64,000 nt of DNA from Octopus vulgaris. Taxonomy: Eukaryota. The notes beneath the pieces were generated by a model. The model was given only the letters and a program-made list of their open reading frames with translations. It searched no databases and was not told the DNA's origin. The stretch lies in NCBI GenBank assembly GCA_951406725.2, contig OX597826.1:64666001-64730000 (forward strand), in the 5' to 3' direction. Positions 36,917 to 49,259 of this stretch are shown piece by piece. Within the stretch, counting starts at the first letter, position 1; each line of letters opens with the position of its first letter. The position numbers and the translations under genes are program-made.

Positions 36917-39900
36917 TTACAAAGGGGTTGTCTTTATCTGATGAGTTTCTTCAAGTTGTCGTCGAACCTCGTCAATAACTTTTATAATTGACAAAGTATC
37001 AGAATGAGTGTGAGCAGGACATTCTAGTTGACCTTTAAAAGCAGAAAAGAGAAATGTAAAAAGAGAATTCTCGGAGTATAAACATTTTGACACAAAAAAG
37101 AAAAAGAGAGTAAATTATTTCAATTATGCAATGAGAACACATTGAATAAAATATTGATGAATTTTACTTTGTTCGCAAAGTATTACTTCATATTACTTCA
37201 CAGATAACTACTACAAGCAATAGAAGTGGTAGATTATCAAATTATGAGATACAGTATTAGTAGTAGCTTCAACAGTTATCGAAATAGATGGAAGCACGCT
37301 TATATAAGCGACAGTATTTATCAAAGACTTACCTTTCTCTAAACACTGGCGAACAGCTTCAGCCTCATAAGCTAATCCAGCGCTATTGGGGTAATAATAC
37401 TTAGCATCAGATTTGGGGAGTGGAAATTCTCTTTCTTCTCCATTCACCTCAATTTTGGTGGGAGACCAAAATGGTCCGGGTATCTGTTGAAATAGGAGTG
37501 TATGGTATATACGTTAAGACAGTTTGGTTTAATTACTTGACTATTAACGTTATATATGTTGGAATCACTGCAATAATTTCATTCATAAAGAAATTGAATA
37601 AATAGTTATGTCTTTTCTAAATGTTCTTTTTTTATCCTATAAATCTAAATAATAGTTATAATAAATAAACTTCAATACTCGGTTAACGAACTACAAGTAT
37701 AATTTTAAAATTATTTATTTTTAAATGACATGATTACTTACATAAATTTTACCTTTAGTTCCATAAATATATGCGTCTCGTCTTCCTTCTATATCAAGAT
37801 TATAAGACAAAGATGCCCTAGCACCATCCTTATAAGTCAGAATAATATTGGCAGATTGATCGACACCTTTCCAAAATGAAACAACAAAACAACATTTCTT
37901 AGTTCTCCTTTTTACACATGAACGCAATCATAACATAGAAATCACACAACTAGAAAACTTTAAGATGAATATCATCATCATCATCATCATCATCATCTGT
38001 GTTTTACCCATGTTTGACACAATTTGACTCATAACGCAAAGAGAGAAAACTAAGTGAGGTTGGTGCTCACACAAAACATCAAAATTGAGCAACGTTGATG
38101 GCATTAAAAACAAAGAATAAGTGAGATAACTATATCATGCACGATCAGCTCTGATCGGACAAAGTTCTGTATACTGCAGGGCCTCCTTCATTATTTGGTT
38201 GTATGCATAGCTATTTGCTTTGTATTTACATTAGATACTGTTAACCACTCACGTCTATTTACACCTGATTCACTTGAGTAGTTAATAGTGATACCTTGCT
38301 CACGTTCATTATTAATATAAACTCAAAGGCAGGAGCTGTTAGTGCAGTTCCGTAGCTAACAAGAGAGCAAGGGTAACGACCGTTCTCTCCGAGCGCATAT
38401 TTCAAAATCGGCTGACCGTTTTCCTCCAAATTTCAGGCCTTATGCCTATATTAAACTAAAATAATAATAATATCCTCACCTGGATGATTTATCACTCGGG
38501 TGGGAAAACAGTTTTTATTATTACAAGTTTTTCTGTGTTGAAAAAAATAATGAGTCTTTAAACTAAATCATTTTTGATCCTAAAGTTTTATTTGCATAGG
38601 TTTCAGTCTTAATTGTGAGCGGTTTTAAATTCTCGCTCCTATCTTACAACATCTAACCGGAACTCTAATGTTCTCTGTTTGCTTTACTTTCATTAGCGAA
38701 TATTTTCGTTCTGTAGTAACTTCCTTTTCTCTTCACTTATTCTAAGCGCTTTTGAAGCAAAAGTATGCCTTAAATTATTCATGACATAAAAGGGCGCATG
38801 CTCCTCTTTACTAATTACCGTATGTAGATGTATATAATTCCCTCCCCCTCTCTCGCATGACTCTTTTTTTTCTATTACGTTATAGCTCACAAAATTATTG
38901 AAACCTCCATGGGAGGCACGTAAGCAGCACGAAACTTTATTAAAGATATACTCACCTGTATCAGCAATCGTTCCAACAGCAGTAATTGTCTCCGGTTCCT
39001 CTCTAAATATGAATCTTGAAAGCCATATTAGATACACAGAACAACACAAGAGGCCTCCTCCACCCAAAGAATGCTGAGATACAAAATCAAATGAAAAGGA
39101 AGAAAAAAAGAAAGCTGCATCCATGTGGCGTATCTGTCCTATGGTTCCAGAGTCAATTATTTCTCTTAGAGCTTTATAAGCTGGGGAGAAGTTGGACCAC
39201 AAAGCCTAAGGAGAAAGCATTTATGTTGAAAAAAAGAAAGAATGTTTAAAGTAAGGAATAAGAATGAAAGAAAGGAACTTATGTATAAAAAGATACAAGC
39301 GAATGTTGAAAGAAATATTATAAAAGATATGTCTTATTTCTGTTATTTTTCATCATGTTATTCTGTGTTGCGATCTATAATATTTTACCACTACATTCCT
39401 CACCTCTGTTTCTATTAAGTTTTCACAGATAAGGTACATTACTAAGCGTATAATTTACAAATAAAGCACATTATGGATCCTCTTTATAAGGGCTGATGTG
39501 TATTCAATGAACAGCAACGTGCCAAAATGCACAATTTTAGAGTTAAAAGACATACCTCCATGAAAAATAATTTCTTTGACTTTGCAAGTTCAGTCATTTC
39601 TTCTGTCTGCTTCGTATTACAAGCACAGGTTTTCTCACATAGAACAGGTTTACCATTGTTCAGCATAAGAATGGAAAGAGGATGATGGAAAATGTTGACC
39701 GTTGAAAGGTACACAAGATCTATGAGTAAAACGAAATTATATTAGTTTTATTTGCTATCAAAGTAATGCATTTATGTAATTCAAGTGTGATATATAGAAA
39801 TAATTGTTTAATATTTACACTTGTCTATCTTGCGTGTGCACGTATACGATGGGGTGCTCAAAATTTGTTGGCTTTGGGTAAAAATAAAAATACAGGAGAA

Positions 39901-42459
39901 TCAGTTAATTATGATTTTATTCAACATATCCTTCTCTCAAATTCACACACGTATTGCAGCGGACCGTCAGTTTTTCTAAGTTCTGTAAAAGAAATCGGAA
40001 GGTTGGGCCTCCAGCCAAACCAATCGCGACACCCTGTAAACTAGAAACTTTTCAGCACCGCTTCGTATGTGTGCATATATTTTAAGTGAACAATTAATTT
40101 CTATAACTTTACGCGAATAGTTGTCATATCTATTCCAATTCTATTATCATTAGAATCATTATTGTTCATGATGATAATGCTTATTATTGTCTTATTGAAA
40201 TTTTCATGTTTATTTCTCTTATTTGGAAGGAGGTGAACACAGCTATCCGGATTCTTTTTGATCCAGTGTAATCTCGTTCATGTGATACATTTCTTGGTCT
40301 ATTACTTGTCGTACAGTACAAGACATTATGGTAACAGTTGTTAAAATTGAGTTTGTATAAGACCAAAATGAAATGAAATAAATTAAAAGACCTAAAAAGT
40401 TTACAAAATGATATACAAAATTTACAATTAGATTGAGGCTAAATATTTTTCATACCTATGTTGGGATCTTTGGCAAATTCTTCATAGCTGGTATACACAT
40501 TTGGTATTTTAAATTCATCGGCTAGTTTCTTAGCTTTCTCTAAAGATTTGGATACCACTGCAGTTATCTAAATGAAAAGCAAAATAATGTCATGTGCAAC
40601 TGAGTTTTATTGTGCAGTATATGTAATTGCAATGTTGATAGTTATATAATTTTAATGTTTGATGAATGCAAATAAATAAGGCTTTCTTAATCGACTGTTA
40701 ATAACTTCTTAGACATGAGGCAGGTAGTTGATTACATCGATCTTTACACTTGATTGGTTGTGTAATTTATCGACTACAAAAAGGATGAAATGCTAATTCG
40801 TCCTCAGCAAGATTTAAACTCAGAACCGAAACAGCCGGAAGCAGTACCGCTAGGTATATTCTGTGACGTTCTAATGATTCCGCCAATTCATTTTTCTTAA
40901 AAGTAATTGCCTCTGACATAGCCAAAAGGTTTGAAATTTGGTGGAAGAAGAATAATGGAAAATATCAATTCCGCCCAGTACTACTTAACTGGTACTATAT
41001 GTTGCAGAACCCGGGGATGAAAGTCAAATTTGACCTCGTCATGATTTGAACTTAGAATATAAAGAGCACAAACTAAATACTGACACTCTTGGGAATCTTC
41101 AAATCAGTCGTCATCCTCACTATTATTATTATTATTATTATTATTAGGGTGACAAAGTGGTAGAATTGTTAGAGCCCCGTGGTATTTCTTCCGACTCCTT
41201 GCCTTCTGAGTTCAAATTCCGTATTTCACTTTTTTAGGGATGATGAAATCAGGTACCAGTCAAGTACTGGAGCAGATGGTACAGGCTAAGCCTCCACCTG
41301 TCAATATTGCTTGATTTGTGCCTCAATCAGAAACCATGGCAGTGAAAATACTTCGCGGTATTTCTTCTTGATGTTTACATCCTAAGTTTAATTCCAAATG
41401 TCATTCATCCTTTTGGGGTCGACAAGATAAAATAAGTGTCAAGTACTGACTTGCCTTCTCCCATAACAATTGTTGGCCTTGTGCCTATATTTGAAGCCTC
41501 AACTATTATTAGTATTACCATTATAATAATATTATTCTGCTTCTGGCTGTCTTTTTTCGTGTTACGCTTAGGTCATCAAGAGAATTTGTAACTCGAATGT
41601 AGAAAATATATAAATATAGTAAAAAGAGAGGAAGGGGACAAAGAAACGGGAATCAGTGAAAAAATAGAAAGAGGAAACACAAAAGAGAGACAGTGGGGTG
41701 AGATAGAAAGTCTATATCACTACAGACAGTGATAGGTAGGTAGGTTGATAGATTTGCAACAATACAAGTTCAAACGCTCAGTTTTGTCTTTTTCTTAACA
41801 CCATTGTACCTAATGTGTTAACGAAAATAGGAAATAAAATTACGAAAAGATAAATGTATATTTTAAAAACCGTCTTTTATAGTATGAATTATTCTTTGTT
41901 ACACTCGGACCTTTCTATGTATATTATTATTTCTTTTTCGTGTTATGTTGTCTTCTAAAACTTGAACTATATTTTTGGTGATCCAATTTTTGAATTCCTT
42001 GCGTTATCTTCTGTTATTGACGTATTCCTAAAGATTCAAAGTTTATCATAAATGTTTGTTTATTGTTCAGCAGTTATACTTTTTAAATGTCCGCTTTCAA
42101 AACGAAAGTTTAGCCGCTATTTCATAAAGTTAGACGTTTTAAACATTGGACGATACGCTGTCAGTTTTCCTAAATACTTTTTAAAATCCTTCTATCCATG
42201 TCTAACCCGTCCATTTCTGACATTATAGAGTTTAGTGCTCTATATAGAATACTTTTCGTCATAGGTTTGCCCCGGTTAAAGTTTGTAGTGGTAAATAATA
42301 AAGAAATTGTGAGAAATTTAAGAAGTTAAAAATGAATAAAATAAAGAGAGACAAACGTGAAATGTTATTACTTACTTTGTGTTCTGAAGGATTCAGACAT
42401 TGCAAAGCATTGCAGAAATCCGTTGCAATCATACCTGCCGAACAGAGTCCCCAGCGCAT
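36917..42459 (-). CDS. DHDH: DHDH-like oxidoreductase, copy C (near-identical duplicate of A), 7 coding exons, 333 aa
   Basis: Exons (minus): 42459-42376, 40567-40456, 39719-39556, 39205-38956, 37866-37742, 37483-37333, 37032-36917. Exon sizes are identical to copy A. By eye it differs by one amino acid (STAN to STVN in exon 3) and one synonymous site in exon 6. Confidence 0.92.
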
Positions 42460-43080
42460 TTTCCCACCTTTTGAAATGTGTTAACAAAATGTCGCAAATT
42501 TCTAATCCTCTTCTCCGTAGATGTTACACTACTTTTGGCTGTTTAGCTACTAGATCTCCTTGAAATATATATGACGATAAAAGTAGCAAGAACTATTAGT
42601 AGCTGAGAGAGAGAGGGAGGAGATAGAGGGGAGAATTGCGAGAGTGGGAGAAAGAAGGAAAAGAATCGCAAATGGTGTCGAAAGGAGAATCAACATGCTT
42701 TTGTGAAACATGTGTGTAAATGCAGGCGAAATAACATAATTAGAGAGAGAGAGAGAGAGGGGAGGGGAGAAAGAGGGGGAGAATTACGAGAGTGGGAGAA
42801 AGAAGGAACAGAATCACAAATGGTGTCGAAAGGAGAATCAACATGACGAAATAACATTAACATTCTTAGCCACAGAATTCGAAATATCAAAAAGCGATAA
42901 AGTTGTTCTACACTTATCAAAAAAAAAAACATGACCTATATAGATATGTACAAAATATACATTTGTTAATTTTTTCTCTTCCGCGATAAACCCACTGAAC
43001 TGATTTCCCGCTGCATTGTCTCACTTTTTCAAATACCCAAACGAAATAAACATGTTTTGAAAGCCTGTATCAAATACATT

Positions 43081-43249
43081 CAGGGCCGGCCCTAGGGTTG
43101 CTGGCGCCGCGTACAAGCTGACGTGTAGAAGATGACGGTCGTGGAAATTTCCTTGTCTTTGTCACGCCCTCCTTGGTGCCCCCCCCCCCCACTCATCACA
43201 TGGTGCCCCGGGTGACTACCCGAGTTGCCGGCACACTGTGCTGGCCCTG
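43081..43249. mobile_element. hAT-type MITE
   Basis: CAGGGCCGGC...GCTGGCCCTG termini; 8-bp flanks AATACATT / TATACATT (7/8 match). Confidence 0.7.
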
Positions 43250-43584
43250 TATACATTATAATTAGGGTTCTAGTAACTGTCTAATTTTCACGATGATGCT
43301 GTTATTGATGCTTGTTCCGGTGAAGAGTATCACAATTTGAGGGACTCGATATATATGTGTTGGTAAAAAAAAAGCTGCTTATAAGTTTTATATCACGTAT
43401 AATGAAAAATAGCGCAGTTGGGTTACAGGTTGTCTCACGAACTTGTCACTGATTCACTACATATCTTAGTTCAGTTATGACAAAAGAGTGTCTGTGACAG
43501 AATCTAGAGCAAATACGAAAAGGGACAATTTAGAAAAAGCAGCGTTCTTTTATTCATCTTGCCTATGTTTACAAGTTTTCATAA

Positions 43585-43870
43585 TCTATATATATAAAAC
43601 AGAGAATGTGTGTGTGTGAGTGCAACACTAAAACTCGAGAACTACCCAACTGATTTCATTCAAGTTTTACACATGCATTACTTAGGGTCTATAGTGTCAC
43701 GGGCCAAAAACATTTCAACTTCTTGCCTAATGCAAACTCGGTATTACGTGTCAAATGTGAAACAATAACATCACTATTGTAATGTGATATAATAGTCGCA
43801 CTTTTATAAGCTTTCACTTTCAATAGTTTCACTATGTATATATACATGTTTGTATATAGGTTAATAGTTT
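43585..43870 (+). mobile_element. Probable non-autonomous Helitron-like element, 5' part
   Basis: A|TCTATATATATAAAA start followed by a (TG)n tract; it interrupts a block that is colinear with 1380-1860. Confidence 0.45.
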
Positions 43871-43899
43871 CACAATGTACATATATATGTATAGATGTA

Positions 43900-44793
<894 letters not shown>

Positions 44794-45387
44794 CAGTATC
44801 AAGGTATGATATAATAAATATGTAACATACGGTATAACGATAAACAGGGCAAATTTTATCCATTTCTCTGTAGACTGAAAAAATGAACAACCTCAATCGA
44901 TTTTCGAACCTTATATATAGGTGCAGGGGTGGGCGTGCGCTAAGAAGTTTGCCTCCCAGCCACATCGTTCCGGGTTCATTATACATACAACGGCGAAACA
45001 TGCGCGCGTGTGCACGCGCACATACACATACACGCACACACACACACGCACACATACACACACACACACACACGCATACGGGTTCCAGCGAGTTAGGGGA
45101 AAGATTATCAAAAGAGTTAGTAAACAAAACCGATTATGGTTAAGACTAAAACTAGATAAATACATAGATAAAAAGAGGGGCAATGAACTCCAGTAAATCA
45201 AATTTAGACATCAGAGAAAATGCAGATAGTGTTAATATTCGTCATCAGTAAGGTGGAAAGCTGGCAGAATCGTTAACACGCCAGGCAAAATGCTTAATCG
45301 CATTTCGTCCGTCTTTACACCTTGGAAATAATCCTACTCATTTTGTTTTATTTTTGGTAATACCGGATGAAAATTTGAGTTAAGACG

Positions 45388-46166
45388 TGTAACGGCAGAC
45401 ATTTTATTTTGGTGTGGTTACTAATTGTAAGGGGAGAAATTGATTAGTAAGCATTATTATGATGATGTTGGAGTAATGCATGATGCAACGATAAATATTT
45501 GTTGTTATGACAGCATACTGTAGGATGTGAAAGATGGACAATGGATGAAGTTTTAAGGAAACATTTATTTACCGTTACGTTACAATACCTTGCCTCGACG
45601 GGCAGGTTTTGATACATCCAAAAGCATGCGAAGTAAAGTTTGAGTTTGGGTTCTCTTTATTGTTTAGTAGTAATTGCTGATAAAGAGAGAATGATGTTGT
45701 AAGAGAACAGAATTGGAGCTAGTGAGAGTGAGAGAGTGTGGGAGGTTGTCTTTCTTTTTCCCTCTGGCCGTTTTGTCTGCCTGCGTCTATGATTCTGGTG
45801 GTCGGTCCACTAACTGATGCTAGCTCTCTCATAACTCACGAGTTTGTCACCAAGGTGACTAAATGATTTTTGCTTGGGGTGTGCTTGCTTATATAAAGAT
45901 CCAGAAGGATAGATATATCATTGAGAACAATAGATTTTTTGTTGGTAGTCTTGTTATCTTTATTCTAGCTTTTGGTGAAGTAGAAGAGGTTAGAAAGGGT
46001 CAAGTGGTGAAGACATTATTTCGGCCTAGCTAAAGGCATCTGGAAAATGTAAAACTGCTGTCAGAGAAAATCCATTGTTACATCGTGGGAAAAGTACTGT
46101 TGCAGTATTAATTTAAATTTGGCTATGCTGGATCGAATCCACTTCATACATGCAACATTCACTACA
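45388..46166 (-). mobile_element. Solo LTR (779 bp) with 4-bp TSD
   Basis: TGTA...TACA termini flanked by GACG (45384-45387, 46167-46170). TATA-like motif (~45890) and AATAAA on the minus strand. Partial homologs at ~2100-2447 and ~34840-35187. Confidence 0.7.
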
Positions 46167-46181
46167 GACGTATTTTTTGAA

Positions 46182-46232
46182 AAATATTTCTCTAAGGGCT
46201 TTGTTAGCTGGAAAGAAGTTGGAATATAAAGC
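46182..46232 (-). pseudogene. DHDH exon-4 5' fragment
   Basis: Minus strand: cataaatgctattctttcag|GCT TTA TAT TCC AAC TTC TTT CCA GCT AAC AAA GCC CTT AGA GAA ATA = ALYSNFFPANKALREI, versus copy [17 protein letters not shown]. The acceptor context is also homologous. Truncated next to an LTR. Confidence 0.8.
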
Positions 46233-47610
46233 CTGAAAGAATAGCATTTATGTGAAAGGAAAATAAAGAAATAAAGATAATCGTAATATCATATTTTTTT
46301 TCAATTTCAAATTCAACTAAGACTATTATCACTAATACTGGAAACTTCTTATATTTTTTTCTTACATTCTGCCATTGATTTTCTCTTTCGCTATCTTGAG
46401 ATACTTTGCAAAGAATTTCCTCTTTTATATAAGATATTTTGGAGGATAATGTCTATCTGAGCTGTACAACTGGAGTATTATTTTGGAGAAAAAACATGTG
46501 GATTTCAGGTTTGTGTGAAAAAGTGAGCACCAGAAGTAGAGTACATTTATTGTATGATCATTTGTCAGTCACTGATCTCAAAAACACTTTCAGATAACTA
46601 ATCAATGTGATAAACAGGGATAACTAATCTTTAAACCAGGTCCATTTTGTGTGTGCATGCGCGCGAGCATATGTTATGAATAGAATGAACATACATAACA
46701 GTAATATGTCTTATTGTTAGAAATCCTTCATCACAAATTTTGTAACATTTAAAATCCGAAAGTATTTGGAATACCGACATGACACGCTACATAAGGAAAA
46801 TTCCGCAAAGTGCTGCTGCGAAGGTTTCAAGCAATCTGTTGTGTGCCTTTATGACAGGTACTTTCACCTCTCCTGCATGACCTTCCCCAGATAAGGTGAT
46901 CTGGCCGTTGACATCAGTTTGCTATCAGCAGCCATCACAGTAGCACCTTTGTTCGTTACTCCTTGTAATTATCACCTGTTTTGTGCTCTGGTGGAAATGT
47001 CAAAAAGAAAAAAAATGTCCATAGGTAAAAGGAAAATATAGACAAAGTAAAACAAAGAAAATGCTGGGAAAAGTAGTTGGCAGAGAGGCAAAGGGGGAGA
47101 GAGAAAAAGAATCAAACGGAGAGACTAAATAGCTGTCAGGTTTGTCAAATATGTTTATAAATCGGACGAAATAATACAATGTTCTCGCTCACTGAGTGCT
47201 AAACGCGACAAAACGATAAAAATAAAAAATAGCAAAAATGGCGGTGCCCCAGCATGGCCACAGCTTGTGAGCTGAAACTAAATAAAATAAAAATTTAAAA
47301 AATAATAATCGAAATGAAACTGTTTCACACACACAACTTGTTACCAGTTCAAATATTTGAACCAGTCATAAAGAAAATTTCTCTTTGCAGACAAATAGGT
47401 GTAAATACACCGATTCAGGAGCTCAGATACAACAGTCTGGATAAGGCGGTTATGAGCTGATTTTGTATCTACACCTATTTGCCTATAGCTACGAATTTTT
47501 CTCAATAACAAAATACGGTGAATGGCTTTATTTTGAGTTCGAATATGCCTAGAGCGTATTTGAACTAGAAACAAGTTGATATTTATATGAATCGCTGCTT
47601 ATCGCTGTCA

Positions 47611-48784
47611 TGGTTGCAAGAATAAAATTCGTTCGCTTTTCCAATATTATTTGGATTAACACGAAAAATATTTTTATTGAAGTTGTTTTATGTTAGCTCC
47701 ATTCTTCCTCTACAGCTTTAAGTTAATCGTTTTTGAAATTTGAATAAATTTTACCTCTTTTCAGACGTGTAATGATGGAGTGCCAATTACAAACCTAAGT
47801 TTCAAACCTAACAAAATCGTTCGAGACATCTGTGCTGTGTATCGAGAACGTACGATCACTGAGAGAATTGCACAGAAATCGTTTATACGCATCATGGAAG
47901 AGGAATTCGATCTCAATCGTGGCCAAATTTTCAGTTCAAGAAACATCAATTGAACGAACTCATCCACGAGGTCCCACGCCAGTCTGCTAGGAAATTGGTC
48001 CAACAGACGGATGTACTCGTGATACCTTTGCTCATTACATTCATTCGATGAGTAAAGTCCAAAACTCGATGCATGTGTGCCACTTGCTCTAAACGAAAGA
48101 GAAACTCCTGCGTGGACACAAACACTTGTGTAAGTATGCCTCGCACCATCTCCAGTGATAAAAAAATATTACGTTAATATGAACTATAAGAAAGAATAGT
48201 TGAGTCCCAAAAAGCGAGCAACACCTTACGCCAAGCCAGAGCAACATCCACAAAGACAATGATTTACTTTTGGTGAGATTAGGAAGGGCAAATCCACTAT
48301 GAAATGCTTGAAAACAATCACACGGTCAGTGCAGTGTTTTACGTTCTACAAATGTACCAGTTCAACAAAATAGTCCAGCTGAAACGACCAGACCAGTGAT
48401 ACGGCTGTGCTTCTTTAACACAAATCACACCCCCACCCATGCCGCTCATATGGTCAGAAATGTTATTCAAGAGTTCGGTTGAGAAGTTCTACCGTGCCCA
48501 CTATATTCCCTTGATACAGTGCCTTATTACTTCTGTTCGGTCACTCTCCAACAGATTGCGAGGCGCTTCCTTCAACAAGAACTTGAAGCTGAAAAGGTTG
48601 CTCGATAAATTCTTAAACTGAAGACCTGGTGTTTCCTGACGTCAATGCATTCGTCAGTTAGTAGAACGTTGGTAAGAAGTCGACAACGATGAAAGGGAAT
48701 ATATTCTTGATCGAGGTGTTAAACTTGAAGATGAATTGCAAAAAATAAAATTAAAAGACGAACGAATTTATCTGACAACTCTAT
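47611..48784 (+). mobile_element. mariner-like element, degenerate
   Basis: Imperfect TIRs (GGTTGCAAGAATAAAATTCGTTCG / CGAACGAATTTATCTGACAACT); remnants RDICAVY..RTITER, HYEMLE and VERW. Confidence 0.7.
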
Positions 48785-48798
48785 AAGAGAGAGAGAGG

Positions 48799-48830
<32 letters not shown>

Positions 48831-49116
48831 CAGAGACAGAGAGAGACAGAGAGAGAGAATGGTAAAAACATCGCCAGGAAGAGTGTCAAAAAAAAATCCC
48901 ATGATTCCTTTGCGCGTACAAAACAATTATAAGGAAACAAAATCCCTGGCGTAAATGTATTGGATTTCAAATTACAACTGTTCATGAAATTTAATTTTTC
49001 TTTGTGAATTGCTTTTTAAAAATGTACCCCTATGAAAAAGGTTTAGCTATTATTTCATAAAGTATGTTTTAAGCACAAGACGTCTTTCTCTCTGAATACC
49101 CATGTTATTAAAATCC

Positions 49117-49257
49117 TTGGGTTGGCAACTAAGTTCCCGCCGTTTTTTAAATTTTAAATTTTTTAAAAGGTTTAATAAAAAATAACAACTAATCAATCAA
49201 TAATGTATTCACCCTTATTGTTTACAACTTCTTCCCAACGTTCAACAAGATTTTCAA
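49117..49257 (-). mobile_element. mariner 3' terminus interrupted by the pogo-like element
   Basis: TIR TTGGGTTGGCAACTAAGTTC; minus translation IENLVERWEEVVNNKGEYIID*. Confidence 0.7.
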
Positions 49258-49259
49258 TA

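Larger units (their letters stand above)
29860..43068. repeat. Segmental duplication unit 2 (contains gene C)
   Basis: Long near-identical matches to 117-11020, e.g. a constant offset of 32680 across exons 5-7. Confidence 0.9.

Noticed and set aside
38693-39202. 169-aa ORF suggesting a longer exon 4 in copy C
   Set aside because: The extension is read-through into intron 4 caused by a 1-bp intronic indel; the GTGAGT donor at 38955 is intact.
29860-43068. A and C as a pure haplotype-assembly artefact
   Set aside because: Not favoured: the flanks differ on both sides, gene B is not repeated after C, and there are kb-scale indels. Read depth is still needed to exclude it fully.
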